From the NCBI GenBank assembly GCA_964016885.1, contig OZ024740.1, forward strand, positions 385,268,001-385,332,000: a stretch of DNA of 64,000 nucleotides. Direction: 5' to 3'. How positions within the stretch are numbered: position 1 is the first letter of the stretch; every line of letters starts with the position of its first letter. Positions 1 to 12,257 of this stretch are shown one piece after another. This stretch comes from Eledone cirrhosa (Eukaryota). A program made the translations under genes and the position numbers. The notes beneath the pieces were generated by a model that saw only the letters and a program-made list of their open reading frames with translations, searched no databases and had not been told where the DNA came from.

Positions 1-789
1 GATCCTAGTATATCATCATATGTTTCCTCCAGTCCCTTGAACAATTGAAAAGCGAAGTCGATTCCATCGACATTTAAATTGAACAAATAAATTGAATACT
101 GAATTAGTGACGCTCTTCCGTGTATAATAATGTTCTCTTTGATCACAACTCACAGTCGAATTTTGTAAAGGAAAAATTTAAAGCTTAGAATTGACTCACT
201 GATATTCTATTTAATCGACATCAAAGACACGAAAAGCTAAGTTAACTTCGATGACTGGTTATTATAATTATTATTATTTGTGGCCAATAAATGAAACCAT
301 TATTATTATTATTAGAAAATGACAGATGATAAAGGCGTTAAAAAGTTTTTCACTTCTCCCTATTAGTTTGGGGTACTCTCTCTCACTCTCTCTTTGTATT
401 TAATAATAACATAGGCCTTTTAAACAGTTTTATTTTAATAATAACTTTATCTGAAATAACTCACTTTGGTGTTTAGTCAAGTATTTAATAATACAGGGCA
501 CGTTAACCAAAAATGACGGCTTGGTTTATTACTGACCCAAACACCTGTTGAACTTGACATTAAATAATAGAAGCCCGCTTTATTATTCTTTCTTCTGCTG
601 TTTCAAATTTATATTAATACTTCAATATCGTCCAGAATCAAATCAAAGTTTTGAAATATTAAATTAACTGAAAAATTCTGAATTTAATTTTCAGTTCAGA
701 TTAGTATGTGCGGTTGTCACTCATGACAAAAATGTTATCGTATATAGGCATTTATGGACGAATATATATGTAATGTATATAACGTGCAA

Positions 790-960
790 AGTCTTGTTTA
801 GCTACAGGTCAATTCTGACCAAGCAGACTACTAACTAATCTAAAATATTTCAACTGTGACTATCACGACGTTTTAAAACCGTAGAGTGTGATTTAAAGGA
901 AATCCGGCTGCTATTTTTAGCAGACTGAATGGCCACGTAAAAGCTACCTCGCTGGCTCGA
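790..960 (+). repeat. Dispersed interspersed repeat family (other copies at about 4195-4470, 5750-5830, 6085-6240, 45725-45940, 46430-46520, 51020-51200)
   Basis: Recurring motifs TGTTTAGCYMCAGGTCA...GAGCAGA..ATGATCAA and GTGTGATTT..GG....TGGCTGCTATTT.TAG on both strands. Confidence 0.65.
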
Positions 961-2367
961 AGTATGCAGTACAGTGTTGATATACGGTGCTGCGGCTTTT
1001 ACTGATGTTTTTCTTTACCGGCTATCGTCATTAGTCTCAACCACCCCTGTTGTCATTGCTTTGCCCATTCGCTTTCTTTCTAGTTCCCTTCTCTCTTTTA
1101 CACTAGTTTCTTCTCACACTCCCTCCCTCGTTCCTCTTGTTTCTTTTACTCTCTCGTCCTCTTTCTCTTTCTCTCTCCCTCTCTTTTCTGACTCTTACTC
1201 GCTTTCCCCACTTCGTTTTTGTCTCTCCAACACTAACAGAAGAAAATAAAGTCATTTACAGGATACTATTCACTTTTTATCCCCTTAATCATTTACTCAT
1301 TCTTTTTCTTGTTTCTTCGTTCATTCTCTTTTTCTCTCTCTCTCTCTCTTCCATCCTTTATTACTGTAAAAGAAAGCAACACTCTGTCCTTTATTTCCTT
1401 CTATCCCACTCACACGCATTCTATCTATCCTGTTCCTACTCCTCCGCTCCTCGTTCTCTCGGGACACGCTTAGCAGAGGCAGCTTGGCATATTGCCAGCC
1501 GAGTTTAGCAGTCGATTTTTACACACAGGAATAACTATCACGTTTATTTAAACCGAGCAACAATATTGAAGAAAGGATAAAGAGTGAGAAAAAGAGATAG
1601 AGAAAAGACAAAGAGAGGGAGCGAAAGCGGGATGGATGAGGGGGGAGAAAGTTAGTAAAAAAAATAATAAAAGGAGAATGGGGGAAAGATCTGAATAAAG
1701 CGGAAAAGATAGTGATAAAAGAACAAAAAACGAGTACGAATTGCATTTTCCATATAATTTTCTTTTCCTTTTTTTATTTTTATTATTTCAAAATTCAGGG
1801 GCTATCACTAATTGACTCGGTAAAACACCCTCGCTCCTTTTCTACCTTCACTCAGTCAGTCACTCACTCACTTCCACCACCTTTACTCAATCTGGCACAG
1901 TGTTGCTCTTCCTCTCACCACTGCCACCACCACTATCGCATCTTCTCACCTGTACAACAACAAATCTACTGTCCACGTTATTTAGTTGTATACGGCCCAC
2001 CGGTCCGGTCGGTCGGTCGACACATATGAATGGAGGTCTTTTCTTTTTGTTTATTATCATCACCCTTGTTATTATTAGTACTTATTACAACAATCTCTAC
2101 CGGTGTGGATACTGAAAGTGTTATTTCCCTCTTAAACCATGAACATTCGACAAAAATCTTGGACATAGCGTCTACTGGCTACCGTTTGTAATTTTTCTAT
2201 TTGTTTGTTTTTCGTCGCAACGGGATAAAATATAAAAGAAAAGGTCACCAACGTTTCAGACATTAAAATACAACAAACGAGGTGTTTATCGAGAAAAGTT
2301 AAACTACCCCACCCCTCCTTATTTTAAATACACACTCACGTACACACACACACACACACAGACAGAG

Positions 2368-2404
<37 letters not shown>

Positions 2405-2678
2405 ATATATGTGTGTGTATCTATGTGTGTGTGTATCTATGTATAGTCCCAACTGTTTGAAAAATCCACTTCCTCATTTTCTCTCTTTGTTATTTACAAA
2501 GATAAAGTTAGTCCAATCAGTTTTACTTTGTGTAAAATAAAAATATATATGTAAGTAGAAGGTGAAGGCGACAACTAACGACTAAGTGTCCACCTGACTT
2601 GTTTTCTGTATCTCGACACCTTCCACTTTTATTGAAATAGAGAGAATAAGATACACTTAAGGACAGATCCCGGAAAAT

Positions 2679-2763
2679 ATGACAAACCGGGGGAGCAGGT
2701 TACATTTTATGTGGATATATATCCTTGGATATTTACTCTGGAGTCCTCATGCTTCGGCAAATG
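2679..2763 (+). CDS. Putative first coding exon of a secreted or cell-surface protein (signal peptide MTNRGSRLHFMWIYILGYLLWSPHASA|N), followed by a phase-1 intron
   Basis: ATG at 2679 with in-frame TAA upstream at 2658. Basic n-region, hydrophobic core and A-S-A cleavage motif. Consensus donor G|GTGAGT at 2763/2764. Unique sequence upstream (about 1450-2678) is compatible with a 5'UTR/promoter. Confidence 0.72.
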
Positions 2764-3544
2764 GTGAGTTGCTTTAAAATTATCGTTGAGGTTTTTATCA
2801 TTTTTAATTTTCAAAGCCTTGCGCTCCGTGTCTGTGTTTACATGTTTATTTATGCTATATTGTAATGCTTTTGTTTATTTTTTCTTGCTGTCCATGCGGC
2901 ATATATTAAAATTGTGGGTGTGTAGCCTTTTTTTTTTTAAATATCTTTTCCGGTTTATTGATAAAGACTGGTTTCAGTTAAAGAAAAATAAACTAGCCTG
3001 AATGTGACAACCCTCAACAATCCGATTCAGCGACCCGCTTTCGATAATTATATATATTCCTCGTCGGTTTCATTATAAACGATGTAAATCAGAGAACTAT
3101 GTAAAGAAATTATCATTTCATATTTTCCTTTAAACGGTATAGCAATCGTTTATATATAATTGATTTTTTATATATGTTAGTATCAACCGAAGCCGTGCTT
3201 CCACATGCCCTTAAGTTCCACATTAGAGCTAGGCGAGCCGGTTTAGTTTCATGTCTGCCTCGCTGTTGTGATTAAAAAATGCCGTTGGGTTGATTTTACA
3301 GCCTAGTCTCTCCCGAAGGTAGAAAGGGTAACCAGTAATATACAATGTATTTATTCTTCTTTCATATAAAATTCTCGTTCTGCTTTTTCTTTTCTTTTTT
3401 TTTTAACTACATGGGTATATAACCTCCCCTCTACCTCTGCCCAACAAAACCTGGCCCACTGCCCACTTAAAAACGCCAGAGACAAACAGTTGAATGTTGG
3501 ACTGAAAACATATTTCGGTGTTATTGCTGCTTAACTAACCCACA

Positions 3545-3690
3545 TTCAGATTCTGAATTCACATTTTGTTGGGGTTGATTTTACTTTCGTCCCTTCGGGG
3601 TCGACTAAGTACCTGTCAAGTACTGCTGTCGATTTAATCAGTTAAATCACCGATTTTGTAATGGCCTTGTGACAGTATTAGAAACGATTA
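3545..3690 (+). mobile_element. SINE fragment with a Nin/Deu-like central domain (related copies at about 7980-8100 -, 45150-45300 -, 61140-61280 +, 61440-61830 +)
   Basis: Variants of GCCTTTCATCCTT.CGGGGTCGATAAAAT.AGTACC in all copies, several preceded by B-box-like GAGTTCAAA. Confidence 0.65.
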
Positions 3691-4800
3691 TTATCATTAG
3701 TAGTGTAGTTTGGCAGTGTTTACTGTTTAAGTAAAAAATAAGCTACTTGGTTATATAGAAAGCGATCAGGTTTCGATTCTGTTGAGAACGTGTCAATTTA
3801 CTATACTCCCAGAAGAAAATGTAAACGGTTTGAACATTATACATACTTATCCCCCTCGCCAAAATACAAAAAAAAACGAAAAAAAAAAACAGAAAAAACC
3901 CTCACACACACAAACATAACATACTACTGTCCTGTAAATGTACTTAAATAAGAAATCAATATCGTGTGTGTAAAGAGAACCATAGTTGGCGATGGGGAGG
4001 TAAGCTCCCCATTACTTGAATTTACGACAGGTTTTCAATTTTAAATGCGAAGCCGTTTCATATTTAATACTGCTGATGTTAATAGAGAAAGCCCTGAGCC
4101 TCTATTATCTCTTCCCTCTCCTTAACATCCATATTTCAGTGTTATTGTGTTCAAGAGATGCCGTGTGATAAACTAAAACAAGTGCATTGTTGTTGTTGTT
4201 GATCAACCCCAGGTCAACCTAGATCGAGCAGAACTATGATCAAAGACATTCCAGTCGTGACTATCCCGTCTTTTCTTGCTGTGCAAAGGAAACCAAGAAT
4301 AAGGTTATCTAGCGTATCGAGGACGCTTAACTTATTAGAAATAGCAGCCTAATCTCAAATCACACCTACCGTCTTTGAAAAATAACTCATTGGATAATAT
4401 AGTCCGATACACACTGTACATGTAAAAAGAAACGACAGGAATGGCTTGGTTGGAACGCCTGTGATTAAGGTTGTGTTAAGAATAATAACAAAATCAGGAG
4501 TAGGGTAGGATTCAGATGTATGACTCTCTCTCAATGCAAGTTGGCATATTTAGATAATTTTTATATCAAATGATGTGTAATGTGATCGTAAGATGTACCA
4601 TCACCCCTTCTGTCACCCCTTCTGTCTCTACACTAATTTAAATTTAACTTCATCAGTCAATCGAGACTTCAAACTGAAAACTTCGATATCATCGTTAGCT
4701 AGTCTACTTGAGAAACGTAAACACCAACACACACGCACTCTTTCACGGCACACACATAATCGTTTCCCCCTCTCACGCACGCACTGGTTGGATACATCAA

Positions 4801-4814
4801 CACGCACACACGCG

Positions 4815-4906
<92 letters not shown>
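4801..4906. repeat. (CA)n microsatellite
   Basis: Direct inspection. Confidence 0.97.
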
Positions 4907-4909
<3 letters not shown>

Positions 4910-5069
4910 GTGTTGTATTTGTACATCAAAGCACATACACGTATTTACACATCAAAAGCATGTCTACTGTATGTACACATGGTGTATGCATACATCAATT
5001 TACAACCATACTGTACATATTAACAGGTACATGTTCACACATGTAAGTAAATGGATTTCTATCCGTTTC

Positions 5070-5365
5070 GATGTTCGTTCAACTGAACTAGCAAATCATC
5101 GAATTAACGCGTGAGTGATTGAATATTCCACAGACACGTGTACATTGAACATAATGCTTCAGCAGAATCAGCATGACTGTGTAACAACACAGGCCCTTTG
5201 AATTATACGTATTGTCCTATCGGCGGACCTCCATATTTACTGTTATCATCTATTCAATTACAAAAACATTTAGTCGACCTGTGGCTATGCTATACTCATG
5301 ATGCCACACAGTAAGATCGAACTCGAGACCTGGTGATTGTGAAGCGAAATTCTTAACCGATCGAT
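5070..5365 (-). mobile_element. Decayed tRNA-derived SINE (related copy at about 53050-53300)
   Basis: Shared TATTCCACAGACACG block. Reverse-strand B-box (TCGAACTCG) and A-box region (TTCTTAACC). Confidence 0.55.
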
Positions 5366-6364
5366 CACACATCAACGCATGTACACATGTGCTGAAACAT
5401 CAATACTTCGGCGTAAAGTGTTCCACGCCACCACACACGCATACACAAACATACATGCGTATGTATGTATGTACGTATGTATGTGTGTGTATATATATAT
5501 AATATATATATATATATACACAGACATACATACACGCTTATGTTTGTGTATGCTGGCGTGCAATACTTGCGCCGTAGCATTGATGTCTACGCCTATGTGT
5601 GCATGCGTGGAGGTGTATGTATGTATATATATATATATATAGTTACAAATACATGCGTCTGCGTATATCCTCATCAAATGATACGTTTAGAATATAGAGT
5701 AGAATCAATATGTATAATACAAAGACCAACAGATACATATACAACCCGGTGAGCCAACGAGTTTGTTCGTGGTCATTCGAATCTTAAGAAATAGCAGCCA
5801 AATCATACCATATCACCATTAAAAGACTAGAATGCTTTTCATTATAAATTTCTTCGATCTGACCGGAGCTTAATAATAACAACCCACTCGTACATTACAC
5901 ATGCTTATCAACACATACACAGATGTTTATAATCCAATACATACACGTTTGCTATCGCATACACATGTTTTCTATCGCATACATAGACAGATGATTACAA
6001 CACACACATACACAGCAACTTACATACACACGCATAAATAGAAACTCATTCATACTAAATAGCACGTACTTAAACATACGCGAACCAACGACGGAGCCTC
6101 TGCGCGGTCGCCTTACCTGCTAGAAATAGTAGCCAAATCTCCTTCAAATCATACTTTTAAAGGAATAACGCATTGTTTGATGTGCTCCTTCATACTCTAC
6201 ACCTAGAAAAAAAAAACACCCTGATTATCAGGTTAGACACAGAGCTAAACAACATCACACACACACACATATATATATATATATACACATATATACACGC
6301 CCGAGATGTAGAGATTATATTTCTTATTAAGGTCAAGCGTGAAATCTTGTCTGACGACCCTGTG

Positions 6365-6502
6365 AGTAATAAGATTGATGATTTCTTTTGAATGAAACAG
6401 TTCTGGTCCTGTAGAAGCCATTTCTATATTAAACATGATGTTTACACTCTACTAATGTATTGAGTACCTTACTGTGGTTACCCGCGATTGACCCCCCCCC
6501 CA
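6365..6502 (+). mobile_element. Penelope-like terminal (pLTR) remnant with degenerate hammerhead core; left member of an inverted pair with 7780-7948
   Basis: TTGATGA-TTTCTTTTGAAT-GAAAC at 6375-6398. ACTCT..TATTGAGTAC motif at 6446-6467. Reverse-complement homology to 7780-7900. Confidence 0.55.
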
Positions 6503-7402
6503 CACACACACACATTTATATATATATAACCGTATGTGGGGGGGGGGGTCTGAGAACAAAAAGAGTACTTAATACCGAAATAGAGTTTTAATATTCATGA
6601 CACAGCGAAACTCAATTGTAACAAGACTCACTATGAAGCCATAATGAAATGTTGTTTTATTGATATTTTTTATCTGTTTGGCCCGAATCTTCCTTTATCG
6701 ATTTTAAATCGTATGGTTGATTGTAGACTTGTTCTATATGTGACGGTATTTTAACGATAGTTATAGCTCTGATTCATCTGAATTATTGAGCCCTCTGCCG
6801 CTCATATCGGATTTCGTTTTTCGTTAACTCGTGCGCCGATTTTTCGATACTCGATCTTTCTAATATATAAATATATATATACAGAGAGAGAGAGACGCAT
6901 GCATACATACATACATACACACATACAAACATAGACACACACACACACACACACACAGATATCCATATAATCAACGGGTAACTAGTGTTGTATGAGTTCA
7001 ATTAAAGAAAACCAAAATTTGTTTGTACGTAAATGTGTGGTGGTTATCGCGTCTCGCAATTGATTAATAATTTTTTCCTGTGTTTCTTTGTTGCACCTAT
7101 TTGTTGCATATCAACGACACACACACATATATGTATGTATATATAGAGGTGATGGCTCATAATTTTTTTTTCCCATTTTTCCTCTCCTGGCTTACTTCGT
7201 TAAAATCATAGTTGTTTTTGTTTTGTTTTTTTTTTGCTGTTGTTGTTGCCTTCTTTTCCATTCATTTAGTTGTATGCACGTTTTTAAATTAATTTTATTA
7301 TTATTTTACTTCAACAAAGTTAATTATTAGATCGTGTCGACACATTAGATTGGATTTTACACTTTCTTTTTACTTTTATCTCAGACACCTTCTCTCTGTG
7401 TG

Positions 7403-7489
<87 letters not shown>

Positions 7490-7636
7490 GCTGTGTGAAT
7501 TATATTTATATGATAGATTTCATACATATGTATAGATCTATGTATATATATATATATATATATGCGTATGTGTATGTATATATAATTAAATAAAACGTGC
7601 GTGTGTATGTATGTATGTATACCAATCTATCTAGCT

Positions 7637-7665
<29 letters not shown>

Positions 7666-7667
<2 letters not shown>

Positions 7668-7742
7668 GGGTGTCCCCAAAAAATGTATACGCACTTTAAT
7701 TTGAATGTTGTTGAAGTGTGTATACATTTTTGGGACACCCTG
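7666..7742. mobile_element. 77-bp Tc1/mariner-type MITE
   Basis: TIRs CAGGGTGTCCC(C)AAAAA(A)TGTATAC / GTATACATTTTTGGGACACCCTG, flanked by TA on both sides. Confidence 0.85.
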
Positions 7743-7779
7743 TATGTGTGTGTGTATATATATATATATATAAGTTTAT

Positions 7780-7944
7780 CTCGGCTTCAATCGGGGGTAA
7801 CCACAGTAAGTAAGGTACTCAATACATAGCAGAGTGTAAATGTTTAATATAGAAGTGGCTTCTGCAGGACTAGAACTATTTCGTTCGGGAGAAATCATCA
7901 GGATATGATTTCTCTCGAATGAACACAGTTCTAGTCCTGTAGAA

Positions 7945-7948
<4 letters not shown>
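7780..7948 (-). mobile_element. Penelope-like pLTR remnant with hammerhead-like core and terminal fold-back (7856-7948)
   Basis: Minus strand reads CTGATGA-TTTCTCCCGAAC-GAAA (7901-7879). Imperfect inverted repeat 7856-7898 / 7905-7948. Confidence 0.55.
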
Positions 7949-7979
<31 letters not shown>

Positions 7980-8384
7980 GTTTCTACGTTTGGCACAAGG
8001 CCAGCAAATACCCAGTGTATTACTGGTACTTTATTTTATCGACCCTCGTTAGGATGAAAGGCAAAGTTAACCTCGACGGGATTTGAACTCAGAATGGCAA
8101 GGGCCGTAGACAAGCTCACATCTAGGTATATTGCCATGTATTTCAACATATTCTGATTTCACTAGTAGCACGTTTACACATACACTTCACCACCACCACC
8201 ACGACAATTAACTCCCGGTGCGCGTCATTCTATTATTCCCTATAGAATTGCTTATCATTTCCCCTTAAACTCAACAACGTCACTATTTTTATACACCTAC
8301 CTCTGTATTGGTGGCACTAAGAAACACAAACTTGTGTCAATCTGTCTGTTTGAATGTATGTGTAGGTGTGTTTATGCTTGTGTC

Positions 8385-8614
8385 AGTGTGTGTGTGTTTG
8401 TGTGTATATATGTATGTGTGTGTGTGTGTATATATGTATATGTGTGTGTGTGTATATATGTATATGTGTGTGTGTATATATATATGTGTGTGTGTGTGTA
8501 TATATGTGTGTATATATATATGTGTGTGTGTATATATATATATGTGTGTGTGTGTATATGTGTGTGTGTGTATATATGTGTGTATATATATGTGTGTGTG
8601 TATGTGTATATATA

Positions 8615-8647
<33 letters not shown>

Positions 8648-8656
8648 GTGTGTGTA

Positions 8657-8701
<45 letters not shown>

Positions 8702-8720
8702 ATATATATATGTGTGTGTT
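8385..8720. repeat. Compound (TG)n/(TA)n microsatellite
   Basis: Direct inspection. Confidence 0.95.
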
Positions 8721-8939
8721 TATTGTGATTGTGTGTGTGTTAGTCTATAGTAAACAAACGTAATCACGCTCGCATACACACCTACGATCTCTCACTACAC
8801 AAGACTGCCATACGAGTGGTGTCGTGCTGATATAAATATATATGTATCACTAGAGTATCGATTGTTTGATGGTCTGAACTGGAGGGGAAAAATAGTCTCT
8901 CGCTTAACTTTTTTTCTCCCTTACTGGATATCTTTTTCA

Positions 8940-8989
<50 letters not shown>

Positions 8990-9155
8990 ATATATATATA
9001 TATAAATTTTGAGTATATGTTGTTGGTTGTTTACCGACATATGATTCCAGTTACTCAGAGAAATAACAACCCAACCAGGAACTGGGCATATCGGAGTATT
9101 GACGGAGTTAAACACTTCAACAACATGTGTACCTGTCTCTACCACACCAATTCGG

Positions 9156-9210
9156 ACTGCCTGAAGAGGTCACAGCCAAGGGTGGCTGTCACCGAAATAT
9201 ATATAGCAGT
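9156..9210 (+). ncRNA. Type I minimal hammerhead ribozyme inside Penelope-like remnant 9038-9263
   Basis: Stem I ACTGC/GCAGT. Core CTGAAGA 9161-9167. Stem II GGTCACAGCCA-AGGG-TGGCTGTCACC. GAAA 9194-9197. Palindromic helix III ATATATAT. Predicted cleavage after AUA at 9205. Confidence 0.85.
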
Positions 9211-9259
9211 ACACCTTTAATAAACGAAGCCAAATTTTAAATATTTGACTTAATTATTT

Positions 9260-9298
<39 letters not shown>

Positions 9299-9470
9299 AT
9301 TATATTTCTTCTTTTTTTCTTCTTTTTCTTCGTTTTCTGTCTTTCTTTCCTTTATTCTCTCTTTCTTTCTCTCTGTGTACAATTTTTTCACTGCCAATTC
9401 AACTTTTCAAATACAAGTCGATGTTGTTACGGTATGTCAAATCTATTTATCTATAAAACTATTTATATTG

Positions 9471-9536
9471 TATTTTGTCTGAGGAAGGCATAGCATATTG
9501 TTAATATGATATCTCTGAAATATATATAATGAAATA
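9471..9536 (+). ncRNA. Type I minimal hammerhead ribozyme inside Penelope-like remnant 9297-9666
   Basis: Stem I TATTTTGT/ATGAAATA with G-U pairs. CTGAGGA 9479-9485. Long stem II AGGCATAGCATATT-GTT-AATATGATATCTCT. GAAA 9517-9520, then TATATATA. Confidence 0.75.
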
Positions 9537-9855
9537 AATATGGTTTTATAAATATAGTTTCCATTTATTTAATATTGTAAATATACTCCAAATACTTGTC
9601 GAGTGCTTTTATATCAGTTATAAATATTTACTAGTTGTAACCCAACAATTTAAATATAACTTTCCATATATATATATATATATATATATCCGTATATAGT
9701 TGATGGCCGATAGAAAAGAGTTCTCAATAATGCAGTAGAGTTCTAATCATGTTATTAAAGCTATATATATATATATATATATATGTATAGATATATATAA
9801 AATAATTAAGTCAAATATGTAAAATTTGGCTTCGTTTATTATAAATTATAGATAT

Positions 9856-9910
9856 ACTGCTATATATATTTCGGTGGCAGCCATCATTGGCTGTGACCTC
9901 TTCAGGCAAT
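9856..9910 (-). ncRNA. Type I minimal hammerhead ribozyme, inverted paralogue of 9156-9210, inside remnant 9796-10021
   Basis: Reverse complement reads ATTGC CTGAAGA GGTCACAGCCA-ATGA-TGGCTGCCACC GAAA TATATA TA GCAGT. Confidence 0.82.
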
Positions 9911-10016
9911 CCGAATTGGTGTGGGAAAGACACATGTTGTTGAAGTGTGTTTTACTCCGTCAATACATCGATATGTCCAGCTACAGGTTGTGTTGTAATT
10001 TCTTTGAGGAACTGGA

Positions 10017-10069
<53 letters not shown>

Positions 10070-10125
10070 GTATATATCAATGTGTGTGTATGTATGTGTG
10101 TATATATGTATGTATATATATATAT

Positions 10126-10262
10126 GTGAAGTGTAGTGTTTGTACCAGAGTTTTCAAGTCGCTGGCTGGACTAAAAGGTCACACTCGTTGAGCGCATCGT
10201 TAGGGGTTCTCCTACATGGATATAAAGTAGTGGCCGTACTCGAAAACGAGTTGGCAGCCACC
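10126..10262 (+). mobile_element. 5'-truncated 3' end of an RTE-like LINE inserted in (TA)n
   Basis: Encodes C2H2-like CSVCTRVFKSLAGLKGHTR*. 3'UTR hairpin ACTCG-AAAA-CGAGT. Near-identical to 29772-29903. Confidence 0.65.
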
Positions 10263-10279
10263 ATATATATATATATGTA

Positions 10280-10500
10280 TCATCATCGTCGTTTGACTTC
10301 TATCTTCCACGCTAGCATGGGTTAGACGAGTTAGTCCCACTTGAGGCAAGTTGGGTCGGGTGACCGTGTTTCGCTCCTATAGAACTGTTTCTGGCTGGTT
10401 TTCTACGACTGGGTGCCCTTCCTAGCACCAACCACATTTACAGTATGTGCTGGGTGCTTTTTACCGTGTCTCCTACATGACCACTTTTCAGCGTGATACA
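10280..10500 (-). mobile_element. RTE LINE 3'UTR fragment
   Basis: Homologous to 26379-26600 (TTCCACGCT.GCATGGGTT...GTCCCACTTGAGGCAAG...GCCCTTCCTA.CACCAACCACATTTACAG) with a (GAT)n tail. Confidence 0.75.
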
Positions 10501-11390
10501 AAGGCATGCGCTGTTCTAAGCATTTTTCCTGCAGCTGTCTATAAGATCATATCTACTGTTCCCCTTCCTACTCTGAAACCTGACTGAGTTTCTGGAAGAA
10601 TCAGAGGACATATTTTCCGAAAGGCTATTCAGCCTCAGCCTAAGCACTTGGAAATATTTCCAATAGATTCCAGTATTGTGATCCCACAGAAGTTGTTACA
10701 ACTGGATCTTTTTACCTCTAACTTTGTCGATGGTGATCAAGATTCCACCAACACAGCTTGGTGGTATTGGTGCTCCTTTCCAACATTTCATGAGAAGTGT
10801 ATGGATAGCCGATGATATGTGGACTCCTCCAGCTTTCAGTAACTCAACTTGAATCCCATCTAATCCTGGTGCCTTTCCCGAGTTTACCTGTATGGTTGCC
10901 TTTCTGATTTCTTCAATAGTCAATGGATTGTCCATTGATAATATCATATTATGCTGACAGACTCTCTATAACATCAAACTTGACAATAAAAAGATGGTAA
11001 AAGAAAGGGTCAGAGAAATGTTCTTTCCATCTCTGTTTTATAGAGACCATCACCACTTTTCGATTGTACAGGGACAGATGACCAAATGATTGCCATAATA
11101 AGGCCTTAAAAGTTTCAAGGCAGCATGCTGCTCTTGAGATACTTTGAACCACCAATAGTTTATTATCCTTCACAGTTCACGTTGTAATGTGGCTTCGTAT
11201 TTTTTTTTATTATATCTTCTCAGTAGCAGGTCTGGTTGAGGGATTCTCACCCAGAAACTTTACAGAGTGTTTCTTTTCTTTTCAGTAACTGGTGAACAAT
11301 AGGATCATTATCAGACCAGTATTTATGTTTTTATCACACTATAATAAAGTGCATCTGGTCGTGTGGAATAAACTTGGACATAATAATTTT
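10500..11390 (-). pseudogene. Decayed RTE-clade LINE ORF fragment (linker plus RT N-terminus)
   Basis: ORF remnants with RWKEHF and PLTIEEIRKATIQVNSGKAPGLDGIQVELLKAGG; frameshifted. Confidence 0.8.
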
Positions 11391-11394
11391 TTAT

Positions 11395-11433
<39 letters not shown>

Positions 11434-11451
11434 ACACCACACCACACCACA

Positions 11452-11527
<76 letters not shown>

Positions 11528-11960
11528 CGACTTTCGTCAAATGGCTGAGTGGATAGAAAATTGGATTCGCAATCGTGAGGTTATGAGTTCAATTCCTGCA
11601 CCAGGCGATGTGTTATGTCCTTGAGCAAGACACTTTATTTCACGTTGCTCCTTCTACCTGGAGTTGCGACCGATAGATAGTATTAGCAATTGGAAAAACC
11701 AACGGAAACATTGTTTCCTCGGTCCGATTTGGCGAAAGTCGATCGTTCCTTTGTGGAGGCACGTGGCTGAGTGGTTAGAGAATTGGATTCGCAATCGTGA
11801 GGTTGTGAGTTCGATTCCCGGACCGTGGGATGCGTTATGTCCTTGAGCAAGACACTTTATTTCACATTGCTCCTTCTACCTGGAGTTGCCACCGATAGAT
11901 AGTATTAGCAATTGTAAAGACCAATGGAAATATTGTTTCCTCGGTCCGATTTGACGATAT
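11528..11960 (+). mobile_element. Tandem dimer (period about 222 bp) of a tRNA-headed SINE-like unit
   Basis: A box TGGCTGAGTGG and B box GAGTTCRATTCC at about 11542/11586 and 11764/11808, each followed by TGTCCTTGAGCAAGACACTTTATTTCAC and an identical unusual 3' domain. Confidence 0.8.
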
Positions 11961-12074
11961 AAATATATATATATATATACATATATATATACACACACAT
12001 ATATATATATACACACACATATATATATATACACACATATATATATACATATACATATATATATATACACACAC

Positions 12075-12135
<61 letters not shown>

Positions 12136-12210
12136 AATATATAGACATATATATATATAAATATATAGACATATATATATATAAATATATACATACATAT
12201 ATATATATAT

Positions 12211-12257
<47 letters not shown>

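Noticed and set aside
974-2166. Short hydrophobic ORFs
   Set aside because: Derived from CT- or GA-rich low-complexity sequence with no domain signal; more likely promoter/5'UTR
9386-9436. Twister ribozyme (CACTGCCAAT resembles the rice twister)
   Set aside because: No UAA cleavage context, P1 or pseudoknot partners could be built
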